DNA of 64,000 bases from an uncultured SAR116 cluster alpha proteobacterium (GTDB lineage: Bacteria > Pseudomonadota > Alphaproteobacteria > Puniceispirillales > GCA-002684695): contig CABYVI010000002.1 in the NCBI GenBank assembly GCA_902522415.1, forward strand, positions 10,568 to 74,567. Reading direction: 5' to 3'. Position 1 is the first letter of the stretch. Each line of letters starts with the position of its first letter. Positions 39,128 to 46,683 of this stretch are shown here, piece after piece. The notes beneath the pieces were generated by a model. That model ran no database searches. It was not told the origin of the DNA and saw only the letters and a program-made list of their open reading frames with translations. The translations under genes and the position numbers were made by a program.

Positions 39128-39481
39128 GTGTTTAGTTTTATTGGTAAAAATGATTATACATCAAAGTGCACTAAAATTCTTAATAAAGAAACAGGGCTTG
39201 ACCCACTTATAACTCAAGCATTTATTGAAGATTTTAGACCAATTTTTGATGAAGAATATGATAAAAATAATGACCCAGAAGAAACCTTGACTAATGCTGG
39301 CATATTGGTTTTGCAGCATGTAATTGAAGAAAATATTAAAGAAATAAAAGTTAGTAATAAATGTAGAATTTATGATAAAGTTGCTGTTAAAATTAATCAA
39401 TGGTCATTAACAAAAACCAATTTAGATATTTCTTTAAAAAATAAAATTGAAAAAAATTTAGAGCCTTTTATAAGGAAATAA
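39128..39481 (+). CDS. Hypothetical cytoplasmic protein
   Basis: 117 aa, GTG start, acidic/helical, no motif recognised. Confidence 0.35.
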   Translation: MFSFIGKNDYTSKCTKILNKETGLDPLITQAFIEDFRPIFDEEYDKNNDPEETLTNAGILVLQHVIEENIKEIKVSNKCRIYDKVAVKINQWSLTKTNLDISLKNKIEKNLEPFIRK

Positions 39482-39544
39482 TAAAGATTTTATTATTAAA
39501 ATTTTAGTCTCATTTTATATAATTATAATAAACTATAAAATTTA

Positions 39545-39805
39545 ATGTTGAATTTTGTCTTAAGTTTAAATTTCTTTGATTGGATAGGTATTTTAGGTTC
39601 ATTACTGATTGCAGGAGCATATTATGGGGTATCGAACAACATTTTTTCACCTAAAAAGCTTGTTTATCATTTAGTAAATTTAATTGGATCAGTTTTAATT
39701 CTTTTGTCTCTTTACTATAAACCTAACCCTGGAGCCATAATGATCGAATTACTTTGGATTTTTATAGCTGCTTTAGGTATTTATAATTATTATTTTAGTA
39801 ATTAA
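39545..39805 (+). CDS. Small 3-TM membrane protein
   Basis: 86 aa. DWIGILGSLLIAGAYYG ... YHLVNLIGSVLILLSLYY ... ELLWIFIAALGIYNY; topology like small PQ-loop/SemiSWEET-sized proteins. Confidence 0.4.
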   Translation: MLNFVLSLNFFDWIGILGSLLIAGAYYGVSNNIFSPKKLVYHLVNLIGSVLILLSLYYKPNPGAIMIELLWIFIAALGIYNYYFSN

Positions 39806-39856
39806 ATTTATAAACTTGGTTGATTGAAAATTATCTTTATCAAAATTCATTAACAC

Positions 39857-39881
39857 ATCAATAATAAGATTTATTATTGAT
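39857..39881. terminator. Perfect 11-bp-stem hairpin between convergent genes (weak, all A/T except one pair)
   Basis: ATCAATAATAA gat TTATTATTGAT. No adjacent U-tract, so terminator function is uncertain. Confidence 0.25.
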
Positions 39882-39918
39882 TGTTACGCTAAATATAAAT
39901 CACTTTTTTTATTCATTT

Positions 39919-40491
39919 TTACATTTTAAAGAGCATACTTAAAAGCCTTGCATATTCTCTAGCATCATCTATGGCTTTATGAGTATGTTTACAATTATCA
40001 TGTAAATCTTTTGGATAATTTTCTCTTATTACGTCTTTATAATCTTTTTTAAGAACTGCTGATGCGTACGATTTAATGTCAAATGCTGGCATATGTTGAA
40101 AAAAAGGCTGATGATAAGGGTAGTTATATAAACGACCACGAAGAAATTTTAAAATGTACCAGTTAACCCAAGCGAAATCTAAAGGTGCAGGATGAGCCGC
40201 CATTATCCTTGGGCTAGGCAAACTTAAGAGCCAATCACCAAACCTTGTCATTGCCTCACCTGGTGAGAATGGATTCTGTCTACAATATTCAAGAGCTTCA
40301 GGTGCTTCAGTATTAAACCAGTCCATAGTTACAGGATCAGGATGAGAATTTTTCAGAGGTTTTAAATTGATTTCAAAATCTCCTAACTCAATCCCATTTT
40401 TATTTATAGCAACAGCTCCTAAACTTATCATTGAATGAATTCCTGGAAGTGGACCATCAAATTCAACATCTATAACAATATAATTACTCAT
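39919..40491 (-). CDS. DEDD-family 3'-5' exonuclease (DnaQ/RNase T-like), stand-alone
   Basis: 190 aa. ExoI YIVIDVEFDG, ExoII-like AHPAPLDFAW, ExoIII HKAIDDAREYA (DEDDh type). Confidence 0.75.
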   Translation of the reverse strand: MSNYIVIDVEFDGPLPGIHSMISLGAVAINKNGIELGDFEINLKPLKNSHPDPVTMDWFNTEAPEALEYCRQNPFSPGEAMTRFGDWLLSLPSPRIMAAHPAPLDFAWVNWYILKFLRGRLYNYPYHQPFFQHMPAFDIKSYASAVLKKDYKDVIRENYPKDLHDNCKHTHKAIDDAREYARLLSMLFKM

Positions 40492-40620
40492 TTAAATATC
40501 TCATAACCCAACCCTAAAACCAAATACATTAATTGTGAATACATTATCAAAAATCTTCTTATAAAAAAGAGATTTAACTCTTGTTTTGCCTACATTCTTG
40601 CTTTAATAATCTATTCGTGT

Positions 40621-40709
40621 GCGAGCGTGGCGGAATCGGTAGACGCACTGGACTTAAAATCCAGAGAAAGGTAACTTTCGTGGGAGTTCAAGTCTCCCCG
40701 CTCGCACCA
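40621..40709 (+). tRNA. tRNA-Leu (anticodon UAA), CCA encoded
   Basis: Hand fold. Acceptor GCGAGCG/CGCTCGC, anticodon stem CTGGA/TCCAG with loop CTTAAAA, long variable arm GAAAG GTAA CTTTC, T-arm GGGAG TTCAAGT CTCCC, discriminator A, CCA. Confidence 0.95.
40651..40709 (+). repeat. attL-like copy of a 59-nt perfect direct repeat (3' two-thirds of tRNA-Leu)
   Basis: GACTTAAAATCCAGAGAAAGGTAACTTTCGTGGGAGTTCAAGTCTCCCCGCTCGCACCA, identical to 42402-42460. Confidence 0.9.
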
Positions 40710-40975
40710 CAATCTGACCAATCGTATATCTCATAAAGGTTTCCATATATTAAGTGTTTCAGACTTAAAATGAAAAAACAAGGGTTTTTTCTTCCTCTGG
40801 ACTTTTGAAAGTTGTCTCTGGTAGTCCAGAGAATTGTCTTAGGACTTTTTTAGTCTAGAGCAAATGACGAAAAAAAAGGTCTACAAGATTTCTCTCATAG
40901 ACTTTTTTAAGCTAAGTCTGCTAACCTAGCTTAATTAATATATATTAATTATCATTTAAATTGTTAATTTTTAAT

Positions 40976-41173
40976 TTAAAACCAAAAATAAATTAAAAAA
41001 AGACCAAAACCTAACCCAACTCCAAACAAAACCCATAAATTTGCAACATTTAAGTCTTGAAGCTCTTCTTTAGTTTTAGATATACTTAATCTTACTAATG
41101 AAATTGCACTAAACAAGCCAATACATAGAAGGACAATTCCAACTATAAATAATAAGTCAACAAAGCTAATCAT
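40976..41173 (-). CDS. Hypothetical 65-aa two-TM protein
   Basis: Overlaps the upstream PH-domain gene by 4 nt (ATGA-type coupling). Two hydrophobic helices. Confidence 0.4.
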   Translation of the reverse strand: MISFVDLLFIVGIVLLCIGLFSAISLVRLSISKTKEELQDLNVANLWVLFGVGLGFGLFLIYFWF

Positions 41174-41580
41174 GAATAATCTATCTCCTGTGTCCCTGAT
41201 TTTTTACGAGATTTTTCAACAAAACCTCTAAGTAAATCCATCACCTTTTCTGGTTCTTTAATCCCTACCATTGTAATTCTTGGGGTGCTTTTATCAGATG
41301 AAATAATCGTTAAATTTCCTAAACCAAAAATTCTTAATAAAAATGGCTTAAAAATACTATAATCTCTAATTCTATAAAGTTCTATCTCTTCAATAGATTG
41401 AGACAGAATTCCAGACTTTATAAAAAATCTTTCGTCGGAGAAAGAGTATATACGAAATCTTGTATTAAGATACCTATATATTGGTAAAAATAGAGTCCAA
41501 AAAAATAAAAAAAAGTAAGGAATATTTACTAATTGTGATGTTCTCCCCTTCCATTTCAAGTTTTTGTCCATTTTTACCAT
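41170..41580 (-). CDS. Bacterial PH-domain (bPH_2 / YdbS-YdbT-like, DUF304) membrane protein
   Basis: 136 aa. N-terminal TM hairpin, then YSFSDERFFIKSGILSQSIEEIELYRIRDYSIFKPFLLRIFGLGNLTIISSD, the bPH_2 pattern. Confidence 0.6.
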   Translation of the reverse strand: MVKMDKNLKWKGRTSQLVNIPYFFLFFWTLFLPIYRYLNTRFRIYSFSDERFFIKSGILSQSIEEIELYRIRDYSIFKPFLLRIFGLGNLTIISSDKSTPRITMVGIKEPEKVMDLLRGFVEKSRKKSGTQEIDYS

Positions 41581-41661
41581 TTATTTTAAATAAAACTTTA
41601 TTTATTTTAATAAATTTCATAACTTTTTACTAATTATTAATTATGAATTTGGGAGATTAAA

Positions 41662-42144
41662 ATGAGTGCAGAATCTAATGAAAGAATAATAACGACATTT
41701 GAAAAAAAAGTAGGTTCTGATTTAACTAAGTTAACTTTAACAAATTATAGAGTATCCCTAGAATCTACAGGTTCATGGTTTAAAAAAGTGAAAGGTGTAC
41801 AAAGCGTAACCTTAGAATCAGTCCACAGTGCAAATTTAGTAGTTAGACATAACCCATCTTATTTAGGTTTATGTATTATAGCTGCACTGCTATTATATAT
41901 TGCTTATTCAGAGTATAGTTATTTAGCACCAAGTCTAATAGGCTTTAGTGGTGGAGAGATAGCAACATTGATTGGAGCTATTCTGTTTTTAATAGGGTTA
42001 TTAGGTTATTTTAGAAGTAGAAGTTCTGGAATAAGCATAATGTCAAGGGGAAACACCATATCTATGGATGCTAGAAATGTTAAGGGGGATGCTTATGACT
42101 TCGTTTCTAAAGTAATGCAGGAGATAGCTAATTCAAAAAAATAA
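41662..42144 (+). CDS. Hypothetical membrane protein, PH-like strands interrupted by a TM hairpin
   Basis: 160 aa. LTLTNYRVSLES, SVTLESVHSANLVVR, two TM helices, SGISIMSRGNTISMDARN, C-terminal helix. Confidence 0.4.
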   Translation: MSAESNERIITTFEKKVGSDLTKLTLTNYRVSLESTGSWFKKVKGVQSVTLESVHSANLVVRHNPSYLGLCIIAALLLYIAYSEYSYLAPSLIGFSGGEIATLIGAILFLIGLLGYFRSRSSGISIMSRGNTISMDARNVKGDAYDFVSKVMQEIANSKK

Positions 42145-42401
42145 CTTATTTTAAAATTCATTAACTTTAATTATCGTAAACAATAAAAATTTTTATTCTT
42201 AAAAATACTTATAATTTAAAATTGTAGAATTTTATCAAAAAAGATGTCCAATTGATGTCCATAAACATCCGTGGCGATTGAACTTTTTATTTATAGATTT
42301 TTGATTCAATTCTCCTAAAAAAATTTATCTTTTTTTGGGTTTTGAGGGTGTACTTAGCTCACAGACTAAATCGGTAGAAAGCTGGACTACTCTTTCACTT
42401 T

Positions 42402-42460
42402 GACTTAAAATCCAGAGAAAGGTAACTTTCGTGGGAGTTCAAGTCTCCCCGCTCGCACCA
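42402..42460 (+). repeat. attR-like copy of the 59-nt tRNA-Leu 3' repeat
   Basis: Perfect copy of 40651-40709. Just upstream is degenerate similarity to the D-arm/anticodon stem (AATCGGTAGAaaGCTGGACT) separated from the repeat by 13 nt. No matching 5' acceptor strand, so it is not a functional tRNA. Confidence 0.9.
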
Positions 42461-42532
42461 CTTCAAACATAAAAATTCAAACACTTTTACTTTTACCATT
42501 GTCTTAAGAAGTAATTAGGTTATTTAAGATTT

Positions 42533-42868
42533 ATGAAAATTTTTATATTCGGATTAGTAATAGCTTTCTTCTTTTTTAAAATTAGTTATTGGTCAAATGC
42601 ATATGGTAACATAGTTGAACTTGGACCAATGGAAAAAACTATTGGTGATATATCTTCTACAGAATGCAAAGAAATTTTAAATAGTGGAAACATTATGGAA
42701 TATCCTGAATTAACAAAAGGTCAGCAATTTTGGGTAATTATTTATAATTATAAAGAATATTTTGTAAAAAAATTCCAAGTAACAAGAAGTACTGGAATGT
42801 CAGGTGCTTTACCGGTGATGGCTTATACTTGTCACGGTGCTCAAGAGCTAATACCTATTGCCAAATAA
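42533..42868 (+). CDS. Hypothetical small secreted protein
   Basis: 111 aa, signal-like N-terminus (IFIFGLVIAFFFFKISYWSNA), two Cys. Confidence 0.4.
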   Translation: MKIFIFGLVIAFFFFKISYWSNAYGNIVELGPMEKTIGDISSTECKEILNSGNIMEYPELTKGQQFWVIIYNYKEYFVKKFQVTRSTGMSGALPVMAYTCHGAQELIPIAK

Positions 42869-43209
42869 TCAAAAAAAAAAAGATTTATCTATAATTTATT
42901 TTATTTTAATAAATTTTAAATAAATTGAATTATACTTTAATATTCTTCTCTCAAATTGAGTCTCGATTTCTCATGACACTAAACCCATTGGGTTGCAGCC
43001 CTTCAAACTCTCTAAATAAAGTCGCAACCCACTGATGTACAAAATCTATAAAACGTGCGTATTGACAGATTTATAGGATTATAAGATTGTTGCTATTGTT
43101 GGATTGTGAATGTACTTGGTGCGTATATGAAGTAAAACTTTCACCCTACTCAACACATATATAATTCAAATAATTTCAATTTTAACTATTTGATTTTGGG
43201 GCATATACT

Positions 43210-43710
43210 TTGGTTTATAATGAATTAAATTGGGAAACTGAAAATTTTATTCTTAAAAGATTTAAATTAAAAATCTTCAAAGTTATAGAAAATCAAAACT
43301 TAATTGAAATACCTAATAAATGGCAGCTTTTATTATCTGAAGGATATAATATAGTTTGGAATAATTTGAAATATAATAGACTTTTTAAAGAGAATGACAG
43401 TGTTTGGGTTGTTACAGGCTGGAAAAAAACAATTATACATTCTAGCAACCAAAATCTATTTAATAAAAATGCATTAGAAAATGATAAATTTGAACCAAGA
43501 ATCTTCATTGATACAAATCAAGATGATAATTTTAAATCTTTAAAAACAAATGTTGGTGATTTGGAAATATTCATGGAAGAAATGTGGAAAAATTATTTAA
43601 AAACAAAAAATATTGAGTATTTAGCAAAGGCTTCAGATATGGCACCTTTTTTTGGTCAAAAAGAAATTTCTTTAGAAATTGGAAAATTACTGAGAAGTAT
43701 TAAAAATTAA
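43210..43710 (+). CDS. Hypothetical protein
   Basis: 166 aa, TTG start, no recognisable motif. Confidence 0.35.
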   Translation: MVYNELNWETENFILKRFKLKIFKVIENQNLIEIPNKWQLLLSEGYNIVWNNLKYNRLFKENDSVWVVTGWKKTIIHSSNQNLFNKNALENDKFEPRIFIDTNQDDNFKSLKTNVGDLEIFMEEMWKNYLKTKNIEYLAKASDMAPFFGQKEISLEIGKLLRSIKN

Positions 43711-43711
43711 T

Positions 43712-43984
43712 TTATTTGTTTAAGAGTTTATTAAAAGCTTGGTTAAATCTAATTTTATCAATTTTTTTTGTTATTTTAACAGTCATTATTTTATCATCAA
43801 TTTCAAGATCATTTTTACTTAAAAATTTATTTAAAAGTTTTTCTTTTTTTATATTATTTTTGATAAAATCTTTTTTCATGATGAATATATTTCTAGATAA
43901 TCTTTTATAACTATACAATTTTAAATTAAAAATAATAAATTTTAATAATTGTATTTTATAAAATAGTAAATAACTTAATATCAT
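43712..43984 (-). CDS. Doubtful small ORF (if real, more likely the 55-aa form starting at 43879, MKKDFIKNN)
   Basis: Lys/Ile-rich, low complexity. Could be a chance ORF in AT-rich DNA. Confidence 0.2.
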   Translation of the reverse strand: MILSYLLFYKIQLLKFIIFNLKLYSYKRLSRNIFIMKKDFIKNNIKKEKLLNKFLSKNDLEIDDKIMTVKITKKIDKIRFNQAFNKLLNK

Positions 43985-44393
43985 GACTAAAAAAATTATT
44001 TATTTTTTTATAATTTTTGTTTTTTTTATAACGCCAGCATTAAGCCAGAGTTACTTAAAAAAATTCAAATGCGTTGAAACCAATGTATTTACAATTTATT
44101 CTGAGGGTTTTTCTTATGAAAAAGATGTTAATAATATTTATTTTTTTAATTTAACTAATAGCCATTTAGTTTTTATGAAGGGATCAGTTGGTAGTAAAAA
44201 CTATATTAAATTTCCTATAAAGAATAGAAATGGTAAATATATCAAAATTTATCAAGATAATATTAATTTAAGCATCCAATTAGGACCATTACAAAATCAA
44301 CAAAAAAATAAAGACTTATTTTATCTAAAATACTCTAGAAATGATATCTTTTATTCAGAGATGTCATACTCAGAATGTGAACTAGTTAAGTAA
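43983..44393 (+). CDS. Hypothetical secreted protein
   Basis: 136 aa, signal peptide (IIYFFIIFVFFITPALS), two Cys. Confidence 0.4.
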   Translation: MTKKIIYFFIIFVFFITPALSQSYLKKFKCVETNVFTIYSEGFSYEKDVNNIYFFNLTNSHLVFMKGSVGSKNYIKFPIKNRNGKYIKIYQDNINLSIQLGPLQNQQKNKDLFYLKYSRNDIFYSEMSYSECELVK

Positions 44394-44425
44394 AAAATGC
44401 TTAGAAGTATAGATTAGTTTCCAAA

Positions 44426-45835
44426 TTAAATTTTTGGTTTTTTATCCCAAAAACAAAATTCCTTCTCCAGAGAGAAAGCCGCTCTTAAAAGTAAGTCTTC
44501 ACTGAATGGCTTTCCAACCAATTGAATACTCAATGGGAGCCCATTTTCGTCAAAACCCATTGGAATACTTATTGCGGGTAGACCCAAATAATTTATTGGT
44601 CGAGTATTATGGCCTATTCTTCTAACTAGATGTGCAGCTTTATCATTGGCACCAAAATCACTTTCTTTGATTGAAGGAATTAAACACGGCCAAACTGGGG
44701 TAATAAAAAGATCAACTTCTTCAAAAACTTTTGAAACAATATTTTTGATAAAACCAATTCTATATTTTTTTAGTTTTTTGTACTCTTCTGAGCTAGTAAA
44801 AACTCCTGATAAAATCCTCATTAATGTTTGCTGATTAAAAGATTTATTTTTTTCTAAAGCTATTTTCTTGTGAGATAGAGCTGCTTCAGTAGAAATCAAA
44901 AGCATATTCAAATCATTTGCAGTTTCAATATTTGGAATTCTGATATCTTTTGTAAAAGCACCAAGTTTTTCACATATTGAAAAAACCTTAACTGTATTAT
45001 CACTTACAATTTTATCACTACCTTCTAAAAAATAGTTCTTTGGTAAACCTATCGATATTTTTTTAATACCTTTTTTCATTTCGGTGAGAAAATCTGGTAT
45101 ATTTATCTTTACCGACAAATTATCATTTTTATCTTTACCAGAAATAATTTGTAAAACTTTTGCTGCGTCTTCCACACTTCTTGATAGTGGGCCAACTGTA
45201 TCAAGTGAGGTTGACAATGGGAAAACTCCATCTCTGCTAACCAGACCTTGCGTTGGTTTTAGGCCAAATAAGCCACATGCTGACGCTGGCAACCTCACAG
45301 ATCCACCAGTATCAGTTCCTAAAGCTACAGGTATAATTCCAGATGCAACAATAGCAGCAGAACCAGAAGAGGATCCTCCACACACATAAGTTCTATTCCA
45401 AGGATTTTTAGGAGTTCCTGCATATTCATTATGGCCAGTAACTCCAAATGCATATTCAACCGAAACTAATCTACCACAATCTATAGAGCCTGCCTTATCT
45501 AAAAGTGAAATAACTTTAGCAGTTTGATCTGATAATAAATTTTTTCGGCTTTCTGAACCACCCTCATTAGGCCATGCTTGTCCACCCTTTAATTTTCTTT
45601 GAAACAACTCCTTGTGAGCCAAAGGAACACCAAACAGAGGTAAATTAAAGTTTTTTTCACTAAAAATTTTATTCCCCTGAAAAATAGCAAAATCTTTATC
45701 TGTAAATCTTAATGCATTAAGGGTTTTACCTATACTCTCAAGTTGATCAATTGTACTTTCTAAAATTTTAAAAAAATTGTTTTTATTTTCAAAAATTAAA
45801 TCTTTTATTTCAGATATAGATTTAAAATTTATCAT
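44426..45835 (-). CDS. Amidase-signature (AS) family amidase (GatA-like)
   Basis: 469 aa. AS motif GGSSSGSAAIVASG, GTDTGGSVRLPAS. Confidence 0.85.
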   Translation of the reverse strand: MINFKSISEIKDLIFENKNNFFKILESTIDQLESIGKTLNALRFTDKDFAIFQGNKIFSEKNFNLPLFGVPLAHKELFQRKLKGGQAWPNEGGSESRKNLLSDQTAKVISLLDKAGSIDCGRLVSVEYAFGVTGHNEYAGTPKNPWNRTYVCGGSSSGSAAIVASGIIPVALGTDTGGSVRLPASACGLFGLKPTQGLVSRDGVFPLSTSLDTVGPLSRSVEDAAKVLQIISGKDKNDNLSVKINIPDFLTEMKKGIKKISIGLPKNYFLEGSDKIVSDNTVKVFSICEKLGAFTKDIRIPNIETANDLNMLLISTEAALSHKKIALEKNKSFNQQTLMRILSGVFTSSEEYKKLKKYRIGFIKNIVSKVFEEVDLFITPVWPCLIPSIKESDFGANDKAAHLVRRIGHNTRPINYLGLPAISIPMGFDENGLPLSIQLVGKPFSEDLLLRAAFSLEKEFCFWDKKPKI

Positions 45836-46034
45836 TTTTATTTTTCTTTAAAAAATCAGTGAACACTTCTTGAACTGTATCTGGTATTTTATCTTGAATA
45901 ATAGTATTTTTAAGAGTTTCAATTTGCTTCTTACTTATTCCATAGACATTATCAATTAATTCTTTGTTAATTTTGGCCTTCTCTAACTCATTAAGAATTT
46001 TTAAATGATAATTATTTTTTACATTTTTGACCAT
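45822..46034 (-). CDS. Small 70-aa helical protein translationally coupled to the amidase (possible GatC/AtzG-like partner)
   Basis: Overlaps the amidase start by 14 nt and the upstream gene's stop by 16 nt. No motif; functional idea rests on position and size only. Confidence 0.35.
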   Translation of the reverse strand: MVKNVKNNYHLKILNELEKAKINKELIDNVYGISKKQIETLKNTIIQDKIPDTVQEVFTDFLKKNKNDKF

Positions 46035-46612
46035 TTAATAGCATCCTCTAATCGATCATCACCCCAAAAAAGCTCTTTGCCTACAATGAAAGTTGGACTG
46101 CCAAAAACATTTTTTGCTTTAGCTTCTGATGTATTGTCATTATATAAATCTATGGTTTTTGATGATTTTGCTTTAGTCATTACTTCATTTGGATTAAGTT
46201 TAATTTTAGTTAAAGATTCTTTTAAGTTCTCTAGGCTTCCTGCTTCACTCCAATTTAAAAACCATAATTTATAAGTTTCCTCTAAATATTTTAAAATCCA
46301 CCCTTCATGTAACCCAACAATTGCAACACAGTTTGCTAAATCTAAATCTTTTAAAGGATAAGGAACCGGAACTTCAGGGACACTAATTTTATAATGCATT
46401 GCCCGTCTTTGTATATCTCTCCACATGTGGTCAACTTTTGGTTTTTTTGAGGATGGGAAAGGTATATTATCCATATCTTTCATTACTGTTCTAACACTAA
46501 AAGGAAAAAAATTTATTGTAAGGTTTTCAGCTTCAATAATTTTTCTTAATCGAGAAACGGTTAAGTAAGTGTATGTACTTCCAATGGAAAACCAAAAATT
46601 AATTTCTTGCAT
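46019..46612 (-). CDS. DsbA-like thioredoxin-fold protein, 2-hydroxychromene-2-carboxylate isomerase family
   Basis: 197 aa. FWFSIGSTYTYL (CxxC replaced) and C-terminal FGSPTFIVGKELFWGDDRLEDAI. Confidence 0.7.
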   Translation of the reverse strand: MQEINFWFSIGSTYTYLTVSRLRKIIEAENLTINFFPFSVRTVMKDMDNIPFPSSKKPKVDHMWRDIQRRAMHYKISVPEVPVPYPLKDLDLANCVAIVGLHEGWILKYLEETYKLWFLNWSEAGSLENLKESLTKIKLNPNEVMTKAKSSKTIDLYNDNTSEAKAKNVFGSPTFIVGKELFWGDDRLEDAIKWSKM

Positions 46613-46683
46613 TGCTTACCTCAATAAACTTAGTAATATATATTATTTCTTATTAAAAATAGAATAAAGTTAGAGATAAGCCA

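Larger units (their letters stand above)
40710..42401. mobile_element. ~1.7 kb tRNA-Leu-bounded mini-island, or remnant of an integrated element, with no integrase
   Basis: Bounded by the 59-nt direct repeats. Repeated short motifs lie inside both ends (GGACTTTT/AGACTTTT x3 at 40799, 40842, 40899; GATGTCCA x2 at 42243 and 42254). Three small membrane-protein genes as cargo. Confidence 0.55.

Noticed and set aside
40710-42401. Intact prophage or integrative element at tRNA-Leu
   Set aside because: The span is only 1.7 kb and has no integrase, excisionase, replication or structural genes in any frame I translated. It is reported instead as a remnant or satellite-like mini-island.
42375-42415. 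13-nt interruption (ACTCTTTCACTTT) between the degenerate 5' tRNA-Leu-like sequence and the perfect 3' repeat, considered as a tRNA-Leu(UAA) intron
   Set aside because: It is far too short for a group I intron. The 5' acceptor strand is missing, so no functional tRNA can form. It is better explained as an att-site junction.
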